A stretch of DNA of 24,252 bases from Fonticula alba ATCC 38817 (Eukaryota; Protista; Nucleariida): NCBI GenBank assembly GCA_000388065.2, contig KB932213.1, one strand, 5' to 3'. A model generated the notes under the pieces. The model saw nothing but the letters and a program-made list of their open reading frames with translations. It was not told where the DNA came from and did not search any database. The stretch's first letter is position 1. Every line of letters starts with the position of its first letter. This document shows positions 1 through 7,468 of the stretch, one piece after another. The translations under genes and the position numbers were made by a program.

Positions 1-255
1 GGTCAGGTGGGCGTCCAGAACCGGGCTATCTCGATTAACACTGGCGGACTTAACCGTCGGCAAGAGAGCCCCGATGGATGGGCACACCTCCGCGATTGTC
101 GCGGCCGGCGGGCGCCGTGCTCGCGTCTGGTCGCCCGCCGGAGGCCGTCCACTTCCCGCGCCAGGCACATTCCCCCTGCGCGTCACCGACCCCACTGTCT
201 CCCGATGCGCCAGGCCCGCGCCGTGCGATCTCCGCCCCCTGCCTGTCTGGCGACC

Positions 256-404
256 CGCCGCGGCCGACCAACAGCACTGAGGCAGGGCGACCAGCACGCG
301 GCATCGGCCGACGGGGGAGCGACACACGCCGCGGCCGACCAACAGCACCGAGGCAGGGCGACCACCACGCGGCATTGGCCGACGGGGGAGCGACACACGC
401 CGCG
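256..404. repeat. Tandem duplication, 71-bp unit x2 (260-330, 331-401) plus short flanks
   Basis: GCGGCCGACCAACAGCAC(T/C)GAGGCAGGGCGACCA(G/C)CACGCGGCAT(C/T)GGCCGACGGGGGAGCGACACACGCC occurs twice, with 3 substitutions between copies. Confidence 0.9.
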
Positions 405-2782
405 ACGGTCAGGCACCCCGAGAAGGCCCCCTGGTCTCCCCCGCTCGGCCCTCCGGCCGCCACAACGAACACCGGGCAGTGGCCGCGCAGGCCACGGCCT
501 GCGACACGGCACCAAGAAAAATGCCCCCTGGCGGCGACCCACCCGCGGGCTGGCGGATCGCCCCCGGCTGCGACTCGGGCGCTCGGCACCCGGCCCACCT
601 CCTGCCACGGGGGCGGCGGGCCAGGAGGCGGGCCATGCTCCGCCCGGGGAGGGAGCCAGCCCGAGTACCCGCCCGGCCACGCCCGAGCCTGCGGCCGAAG
701 CACGCCCGCCGGCGCCGGCCCTCCGCTCCGAGGCCGATCGTCCTCGCACAGGGCAGGCGCTCCGCCGAGGGTCCGTCGGCACCGCTTCGGCCACACACCC
801 CCGCAGGTCCCACCCCGCACGTGGCCTGGTCCGCGGGAGGGGCCACCCCTGGGCCGACTCGCGGCCGCCAGCCCCATCGCCCTCGGCCGACGCCCCCCGC
901 CCGCGGCGGCACCTACCCACCACCGGCACCCGGCTGGCATGGGCCACAACCAAGAAAACCGCCTGCTTCGGCCCGGCCGGTCACACCGGCCCTCGTGGTC
1001 GGGCGCATCGGCCCGCCGTGGCCCATGCCCTGGCCATCGCCACCCGGCGGTGCCCCACGACAATGTGCCATGGGCCGTCGGCCCCGCCGGCATGGCGGAG
1101 GACGGCCGCGGCTGACCCATGCCCCGCCCAGGTCCCGGCCCTTGCGCAGGCTGGTCCCCTGGCAGGCGGCCCTCGGCGAGGTGGCCGGCTGCCCGGGCCG
1201 GCGCCCGGCGAACGCCACGCGCAGGGGCACGCCGCACAGGCAGACGGGCCCCGGCGGCCCACGACCCGGCACGCACAACCCCCCGCCGGGCAGCGATGAC
1301 CATGGCATGGGCCACGGCCCGGATGCGAGGACCGGGGCAGTGGACCGGCAGAGCCGACAAGGAGGGGACATGGCCGGCGCCCCACGACGAGAGGCCGGGG
1401 CCTGTGCCCCTCGGCCGGGGAGTGCCGCCGCCCCGCCCGGCCCCCCTTCGGCGGTGTCGTCTCCCGAGGGCATGGCCCCAGCCCGGCCACGCAGTGCCGG
1501 CCCCTCCCCCGAACCGGCCAGACGCCAGATCACGCCGATCGGCCCGCCCAGGGGAGCAGGCCCGGCGTCGGGCTCCCTTCGACGGGCCGCACTTTGAGGG
1601 GCGTCCCCCGGAGCGGGCATGCCCAGCCAAGCACATCCCCCCCCAACCCTTTGGCCATGCGATGCATCGCCCCGGAGGGTCGCCCACGAAGGGCCACCAG
1701 CGCCACACCCTGCCGGCGGCATGCGCCACCGGGCGCGTCGCCCCCACGCCCCGGCGCATGCGCCAGGTGGCACCGCTCGTCGGGCGGTCGGCGGGGCGAC
1801 GCTTCCCCAGGCGGCCCATCGGCGCGCCATGGCGCGGACGTGCCCATGGCCAGGTCGGCCAATCGCCCTGGAGCCAGGCCCCGCCTCGCCGGGCAGAGCC
1901 CCAGGGGCGTGCTGGCCGCCGGCCGGCGTCCAGGCAAGATCCGGCCACGGGCACGACTGCTCGGCGCCTGCCGCGTCGGACTGCGTCCAGAGGGCGGCTC
2001 GGCGCTCGCACCGGGCACATGGCGCGCCCTGGCGCCTGCCGCGTCACACTGGAGGGCGAGCCACGCCACCCACCTCCTCCTACGCCGCCGGCTGGCCGGT
2101 GTGTGGCGCCCGGGCGGGGGGGAGATCAGCAGTCGCGCGACGATACTGAGTGGGCCTCTCGGCCGGCCCGCTGCCGGCGCCCTCCCTCCCGGCGCCGGCA
2201 GGGCGCCCGGGGATGCTCGGTCGCGCCGAGCCCGCGCCCGTCTGCCGCGCCGTGGGCCAGCACCCCCCCCCCCCGGTGGGTGGCCGAATATACATGGGCC
2301 CCGGTGGCACCGGGTCAGGCGACCACGAGTGCCGACTTGCCGGTGGCCGGCCCAGCGGACCTGCCTGGCCTTGCCGGCGGCCGGCCGGCCGCGAGACACG
2401 CTGGCGAGGGCCCCAGGCAAAGAAGGCGCTGCCAGACTGCGGACCGCCCGGCGCCGGGTCTCCGGCGCACATGGCGCCCACCCGGCCCGCCGGCCGCAAG
2501 CCCACGGGGCGCCCTGCGGCGGTCCCGCGCCCCCATCAGCCGGGGGCCTCCAGAGGGAGGGGGCCCCCCTCGGTGAGGAACGCACCCTGGCGCACGGCCT
2601 GCTTGATCGGCCCCCCCGGGCTCGGGCACCCGCCTACAGTATGGCCAAACCCGCTGACCGCCGCGTCCGACAAGGCGCGCCTTCCGTCGCCGGACGCCCG
2701 GGGCAGCGCGCTGCTGCAAGCACCCTCCTGCTGGTGAGGCGCCACATTCGGCAGGCCTGGCCGCACCAAAGCCCCCCCCCCC

Positions 2783-2792
2783 NNNNNNNNNN
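2783..2792. other. Assembly gap (10 N) flanked by poly-C
   Basis: N run seen directly. Confidence 0.99.
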
Positions 2793-3139
2793 CCCCCCCC
2801 CCGCCTCCCCCGCACATGTTCGTTCTTGGGCCTGGCTCGCGCGCGGAGAGCCGGTGCTGACCGCCAGCTGCCGGCCGGGCCGCGGCGCCCGAGGCATTCC
2901 TGGCCGGGCCTTCTCGGGCGGCCGGTCGCAACCGGGCCGTCATGGGGGATGCGGCGCGGCGCGGCGCGTGTGAGATCGCCCGCGCCTCCGCCGTCCGGCC
3001 GGCCCCTCGTCGTGGACCAGACCACGCCGGGCCCCCCTCCCGGGGCGTCCGCCTGCGTCGAGACCCGGGCACCGGCGGTCCAGCGCCGCGCCGGTCAGGG
3101 CAACCCGCCCCAGCCCTTCCCTCCTGGAGGGCGTCATGG

Positions 3140-3300
3140 CTAGGATGCTTCATCCTGCTGCTGTTCGCGGCCCGGTCCGGATGCGCGTCCCGCGGCGATG
3201 CCCGGTCCCCGGGGCGCGGCGGCGGCCGAGCCCCGCCCCCGGGCATCAACTGGCGGGCGCCGGAGCTCCTTGTTCTCGCGCCTGGCCTCGCTCTCCCCCC
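3140..3300 (-). CDS. Candidate terminal exon of the LMBR1-family gene (...ESEARRENKELRR...EQQQDEAS*)
   Basis: Coding-like codons (gag gcc agg cgc gag aac aag gag ctc) and a TAG stop at 3142-3140. RRENKE resembles the charged RREWKE stretch I recall near the C-terminus of human LMBRD2. Order and strand fit the upstream exons. Weak. Confidence 0.3.
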
Positions 3301-3321
3301 CCCCTCTCTCTCTCTCTCTCT
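3227..3321. repeat. 95-bp segment identical to 6228-6322, ending in (CT)9 at a gap
   Basis: Base-for-base identity, including a C10 run. This copy ends at gap 3322-3331 and the other begins at the end of gap 5697-6227. Confidence 0.9.
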
Positions 3322-3331
3322 NNNNNNNNNN
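3322..3331. other. Assembly gap (10 N)
   Basis: N run seen directly. Confidence 0.99.
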
Positions 3332-3540
3332 CCCCCCCCCCCCTGCGGCGGGGCTCCCCCCACCCCCGGGGGACGTCTCCAGGCCAACTCGAGCGCTTCG
3401 CTCCTCCCCCACACGCAGACCGGCCTCCGGCCGGGAAGCGCGGCCGCATCTCCGACACCAGAATATCGCGTCGTGCCCCGGGTCACGGGAACCACGCACG
3501 CCGGCTCGCGGGCCTCCCCCCGACGCAGGAGTGGGGCACA

Positions 3541-3541
<1 letters not shown>

Positions 3542-3593
<52 letters not shown>

Positions 3594-3595
3594 AC
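3542..3595. repeat. (AC)n microsatellite
   Basis: Long AC dinucleotide run with one AT interruption. Confidence 0.97.
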
Positions 3596-3959
3596 CCTGG
3601 CAGACAAACACCAACACGGGCCCGGCACTGGGCGGCGGAGGGGCGGCGCAGCGCGGCCACAGCGCGCCGGGACTCCCGGTCCGGAGGGGCAAGCCGCCGC
3701 CGGGCGGGCGACCGGGCGAAACGCCGGACACCTGCGGGGGCTCCGGGCGGAGCTCGGGGACCCGGCCGCCGCCGGGCGTTTTCCCCCCCTCCTCGCAGGC
3801 ATGCGCCGCCGGCCGGGGGCCCGGCTTCGGGAGCCCCCGGCGGCAGGGGCGCGGGGCCGCTGGCGGGAAGCGCGCCCGCCATGGCGCTTCTCAGGAGGCC
3901 TTCTCCCGGGCATGGCCGTCCCCCGGCTCTTCCCCACGCCGGCCGGCCGCATGCCGGCC

Positions 3960-4267
3960 CCCATGCGTTCCCGCCGGGTGTTCCACGCTCGGGAAAAGTC
4001 CCGTCGCCCGGGCCGCACGCCGGCGCCCCAACACAGGCCCTTTGTCGGCCGTCGTCGGCCGGCGGGCGCGCTCGCGCGCTCGTGGCCCGGTATCCGCGCC
4101 CCCAGACGTGTGCTCTTCCGATCTCCCATGCGTTCCCGCCGGGTGTTCCACGCTCGGGAAAAGTCCCGTCGCCCGGGCCGCACGCCGGCGCCCCAACACA
4201 GGCCCTTTGTCGGCCGTCGTCGGCCGGCGGGCGCGCTCGCGCGCTCGTGGCCCGGTATCCGCGCCCC
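3960..4267. repeat. Exact 143-bp direct duplication (3960-4102 / 4125-4267) bridged by an Illumina adapter: artefact
   Basis: The copies are identical and the 22-nt spacer is the reverse complement of AGATCGGAAGAGCACACGTCTG. Confidence 0.95.
4103..4124 (-). other. Illumina TruSeq adapter remnant
   Basis: CAGACGTGTGCTCTTCCGATCT is the reverse complement of the first 22 nt of the TruSeq read-through adapter. Confidence 0.97.
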
Positions 4268-4419
4268 GGGGCCCGGCCGCGACCGCCGCCGAGTGCCCCG
4301 GCCACGGACCGGGCCCCAGCCCGCGGCGTTCGAGAAGTTCCCCCTCCCCCCCCGGGGGGGAAAAGAGGAAAAGCTGCACCGCGGGTCGCTCGGCCTCCTC
4401 TCAGGGGCTCTTGCCTTAC

Positions 4420-4489
4420 TCGGCTCCCGCACGCGCGCAGCACGCAGGGGCCGCGTGCTGGCAGGGGGGGCACGCTGGTAACGCTCCAC
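4420..4489 (-). CDS. Candidate degraded internal exon segment of the LMBR1-family gene (VERYQRA...AARVRE)
   Basis: VERYQRA-x10-A-x3-E is in register with recalled LMBRD2 VQRHRRT-x10-A-x3-E (QAFYLE). A GTAAGG donor follows at 4419-4414. Intervening residues are poorly conserved. Confidence 0.35.
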
Positions 4490-4528
4490 CCCCCCTCCGC
4501 TCGAGGCCGGGATACCCCCAGCCAGGCG

Positions 4529-4845
4529 GTCGTCCTCGCCCGGGCCCCTGGGGCCGGATGCGTGCGCCCCCCGCAGCCTGTTGACTTGATCCGCCGGCGC
4601 CCAGTCATCCCGGCGCGCGGGGGAACAAAGGCCTCCGTGACCCGCCACCGGGGCAGCAAACGCGCCGCCCGTTACCCAGATCGGAAGAGCACACGTGTCG
4701 TCCTCGCCCGGGCCCCTGGGGCCGGATGCGTGCGCCCCCCGCAGCCTGTTGACTTGATCCGCCGGCGCCCAGTCATCCCGGCGCGCGGGGGAACAAAGGC
4801 CTCCGTGACCCGCCACCGGGGCAGCAAACGCGCCGCCCGTTACCC
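4529..4845. repeat. Exact 149-bp direct duplication (4529-4677 / 4697-4845) bridged by an Illumina adapter: artefact
   Basis: The copies are identical and the spacer is AGATCGGAAGAGCACACGT. Confidence 0.95.
4678..4696 (+). other. Illumina TruSeq adapter remnant
   Basis: AGATCGGAAGAGCACACGT is a 19-nt exact match to the start of the adapter. Confidence 0.96.
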
Positions 4846-4901
4846 GGGAAGAGCCGTGTCGTGGCGGGCACGTTCCTCGCTTCGGGCGCCCTGTTCCGAG
4901 C

Positions 4902-4932
4902 GAGAGAGAGGAAGAGAGAGAGAGGGAGAGAG
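4902..4932. repeat. Imperfect (GA)n microsatellite (a polypyrimidine tract on the - strand)
   Basis: GAGAGAGAGGAAGAGAGAGAGAGGGAGAGAG. Confidence 0.85.
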
Positions 4933-5032
4933 AACACCCCCACCCCTCCTCTCCCCTGTGGGGCGGCTCACCAACGCATCCGCCGCCGGCCCGAGACACC
5001 GCCGCCGCCGCCGGAATATCTCGCTAGCATAC

Positions 5033-5159
5033 CTCCGCGCTCCGGTGCACGCGGCCCCGCGCGAACAGGCGTGCCAGGGGCGCACACCCCCACGGGGCCG
5101 GGGCGAGCCGCTCGCCCCGCCGGCCGGCGGGGGACCGGGCAACAACCGAGGCCCGGAAC
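5033..5159 (-). CDS. LMBR1-family gene, internal exon (sequence appears corrupted)
   Basis: CAG acceptor (5162-5160), phase matching the previous exon (tt|g), and GTATGC donor at 5032. The product FRASVVA...WG...R..F.RG keeps the register of recalled LMBRD2 LQTIGIAAANTWG...GYGLVEIPRSYW (W/Y23, G24, R30), but the TM residues read as R/P/G. Confidence 0.5.
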
Positions 5160-5277
5160 CTGCGGCCGCGGCAGCGGCTCAACGGCGGGGGGGGGGGGGG
5201 AGGGGGGGGGGGGCCGAGCTCTCGGGAAACGGCGGGAAAAACACCACGCATCCCCCGCCTCCGCCCGGCGGACGCAC

Positions 5278-5417
5278 AAGCGACAAGACCGCGTGTCAAG
5301 GATGATGATCAGCCCGACCAGACCGGCGGCGCCCATGAGCGAGTAGAGGATGAGGTTGGTACGCAGGGCGATCCAGGCCTTTTGAACACAGGTGAAGCCC
5401 CCGGCATTGGCCCAGGC
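5278..5417 (-). CDS. LMBR1-family (LMBRD2-like) multi-pass membrane protein, internal exon
   Basis: AWANAGGFTCVQKAWIALRTNLILYSLMGAAGLVGLIIILDTRSCRL matches the recalled LMBR1/LMBRD2 motif [26 protein letters not shown]+TM. GTGCGT donor at 5277. The expected CAG acceptor reads CCG at the end of a C16 run, a probable miscall. Confidence 0.7.
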
Positions 5418-5683
5418 CGGGGGGGGGGGGGGGGAGAGCGACGGAGCATCTTCTCGCGCTCATTACCAATAGTCGGCATTAAATATTGCACACACATATG
5501 TTGTTTGCATGTTGCTATCGGCGTCGTGGCCTTCGCACGCCCGCCGCCGCGAAGCGTTCCGCCCGCGCCACCCGCAGGCCCGCGCTCGGGACAGCCAAGA
5601 CCGGCGTACGTTGGCACATAAATGGCGACCGGGGGCTCGCCGGCGCTCCAGTCTCGGGGGGGGGGGGGGGGGGGGGGGCGCAC

Positions 5684-5696
5684 CTCTTGAAAGGAG
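5684..5696 (-). CDS. LMBR1-family gene, end of upstream exon truncated by gap (SFQE|)
   Basis: c tcc ttt caa gag | GTGCGC donor, phase 0. Joined to the next exon it gives SFQEAWANAGGF, in register with recalled [12 protein letters not shown]. Confidence 0.55.
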
Positions 5697-6227
5697 NNNN
5701 NNNNNNNNNNNNNNNNNNNNNNNNNNNNNNNNNNNNNNNNNNNNNNNNNNNNNNNNNNNNNNNNNNNNNNNNNNNNNNNNNNNNNNNNNNNNNNNNNNNN
5801 NNNNNNNNNNNNNNNNNNNNNNNNNNNNNNNNNNNNNNNNNNNNNNNNNNNNNNNNNNNNNNNNNNNNNNNNNNNNNNNNNNNNNNNNNNNNNNNNNNNN
5901 NNNNNNNNNNNNNNNNNNNNNNNNNNNNNNNNNNNNNNNNNNNNNNNNNNNNNNNNNNNNNNNNNNNNNNNNNNNNNNNNNNNNNNNNNNNNNNNNNNNN
6001 NNNNNNNNNNNNNNNNNNNNNNNNNNNNNNNNNNNNNNNNNNNNNNNNNNNNNNNNNNNNNNNNNNNNNNNNNNNNNNNNNNNNNNNNNNNNNNNNNNNN
6101 NNNNNNNNNNNNNNNNNNNNNNNNNNNNNNNNNNNNNNNNNNNNNNNNNNNNNNNNNNNNNNNNNNNNNNNNNNNNNNNNNNNNNNNNNNNNNNNNNNNN
6201 NNNNNNNNNNNNNNNNNNNNNNNNNNN
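5697..6227. other. Assembly gap (531 N); probably hides the 5' exons of the LMBR1-family gene
   Basis: N run; an exon fragment abuts it. Confidence 0.95.
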
Positions 6228-6322
6228 CGAGCCCCGCCCCCGGGCATCAACTGGCGGGCGCCGGAGCTCCTTGTTCTCGCGCCTGGCCTCGCTCTCCCCC
6301 CCCCCTCTCTCTCTCTCTCTCT
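6228..6322. repeat. Second copy of the 95-bp segment (=3227-3321) running into (CT)10
   Basis: Exact identity at an offset of 3001 nt. Confidence 0.9.
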
Positions 6323-6526
6323 CTCGCTCTGCCCATGGGCCCCGCACGGTCTCTTTCCGGCGGAGCACAACCCGGCTGCCCACCCCTCCCCGGGTCCTGA
6401 GTACCGGTGTGGGGCCGCGATGTTCCGTCGCCCGAGGTGCCACGCCCGCCCGCCCCCACTTCCGGGGAACACCATCCCACCTCGAGGCGACGACGCCGCC
6501 CCCGCCCCCGCCCCCCCCCCCGGCCC

Positions 6527-6533
6527 TATAAAA
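6527..6533 (+). promoter_or_regulatory. TATA box of the secreted Cys-rich protein gene
   Basis: TATAAAA embedded in very GC-rich sequence, 138 nt upstream of ATG 6671 and followed by a C-rich leader. Confidence 0.7.
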
Positions 6534-6670
6534 GCCACCCCTGCCCAGCACCATGGGCAGGCCCAGTCCCCTCCAACACACCCCCCGCCCGTTCGCGCCT
6601 TCGTCTCCTCCCCGCTCCCTCCCCGCCAGCGCAACATCCCCCCCCCTCCTTCCCAACAGCGCCAGTCACC

Positions 6671-7468
6671 ATGATCAAGGCCACCTTCGTCCTCGCTTTC
6701 TTCGCCATCATCGCCGTGGCCTCGGCCGCGCCGGTGGCCGACATCGCCCTCGACACCGATGAGGCCGGCGTCATGGTCAACTCCGCCACCAACCCCTGCG
6801 AGCGGGACCTCAAGGAGTTCGCTCGCCTCATCAGCGACGAGAACACCCGTTGCACGCACTCGGCCCTCGATGCCGCGGCCTACGTCGGCATGTGCACCGT
6901 GGCCGCCGTCAACAAGTTCGACGGGAAGACCGTCAACACCGCCACTGCCTTCGAGGACTGCTCCCATGTCCTGGTCAACCACCAGGCCTGGTGCGCCAGG
7001 CACGAGCCGGACTCCAACGCCGCCAAGGCCGACCTCTCCAACTACAGCTGCCCCACGCGCTACCAGACCACCTCCGGCAACACCAAGTTCCCGAAGAAGG
7101 GCTGCGACAACATCGCCCTCGACAAGCTCCGCGCCCGCTTCACCAAGTCCTGCGGCAGCGGCAGCTTCGCCGGCGCCACCCTGGACGCCCTGTGCAACAA
7201 CAAGAAGTGCATTTCCGCCATCGAGAGCCTCCACGAGTGCAGCATGGACCGCTTCGCCTCGGCCCACAGCGTGTGCGCCCTCCTGGAGAACACCTACTCC
7301 TTCAGTGTCTTCTGCCCGGAGGACACCCGCGGCTACAAGGCCTTCGCCGAGCTCGACTGCGAGGTCAAGAACGCCTGGGAGAGCGACAAGGACTTCAAGC
7401 GCGTCCGCGAGCCCCCCGCCGCATCCGGCTCCGCCTCCTCCGGCTCCGCCTCCTCCGGCTCCGCCTAA
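6671..7468 (+). CDS. Secreted cysteine-rich protein, 265 aa, family unknown; intronless
   Basis: ACC-ATG start, classic signal peptide MIKATFVLAFFAIIAVASA, 14 Cys, very strong C/G-ending codon bias with normal amino-acid complexity, one N-glycosylation sequon (NYS), TAA stop. The ORF-track start at 6407 is an upstream read-through. Confidence 0.92.
   Translation: MIKATFVLAFFAIIAVASAAPVADIALDTDEAGVMVNSATNPCERDLKEFARLISDENTRCTHSALDAAAYVGMCTVAAVNKFDGKTVNTATAFEDCSHVLVNHQAWCARHEPDSNAAKADLSNYSCPTRYQTTSGNTKFPKKGCDNIALDKLRARFTKSCGSGSFAGATLDALCNNKKCISAIESLHECSMDRFASAHSVCALLENTYSFSVFCPEDTRGYKAFAELDCEVKNAWESDKDFKRVREPPAASGSASSGSASSGSA
7424..7465 (+). repeat. Coding 15-bp tandem repeat (SGSAS)x2.8 at the C-terminus
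   Basis: TCCGGCTCCGCCTCC repeated up to the stop codon. Confidence 0.9.

Noticed and set aside
900-2500. Apparent CATG enrichment (about 18 by hand count; also 22600-23580)
   Set aside because: A similar-length coding control (14132-15700) has about 11, so the motif is generally common in this genome and the excess is not convincing.
1-2782. Many long overlapping ORFs or a possible mobile element
   Set aside because: All six frames give R/P/G/A-rich junk. I see no transposase, RT or integrase motifs, and no terminal repeats or TSDs.
3131-3170. + strand SWLGCFILLLFAA resembling the LMBRD2 N-terminal helix or a signal peptide
   Set aside because: It is on the wrong strand and in the wrong position relative to the supported exons, has no start or splice context, and is antisense to a Q/E-rich candidate terminal exon.
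3960-4845. Repeat-spacer-repeat pattern suggesting CRISPR or LTR-like structure
   Set aside because: The spacers are Illumina adapter sequence; this is an artefact.
4846-4866. GGGAAGAGCCGTGTCGTGGCG resembling the second TruSeq adapter (GGAAGAGCGTCGTGTAGGG)
   Set aside because: Several mismatches and indels; it may be a garbled adapter but cannot be supported.
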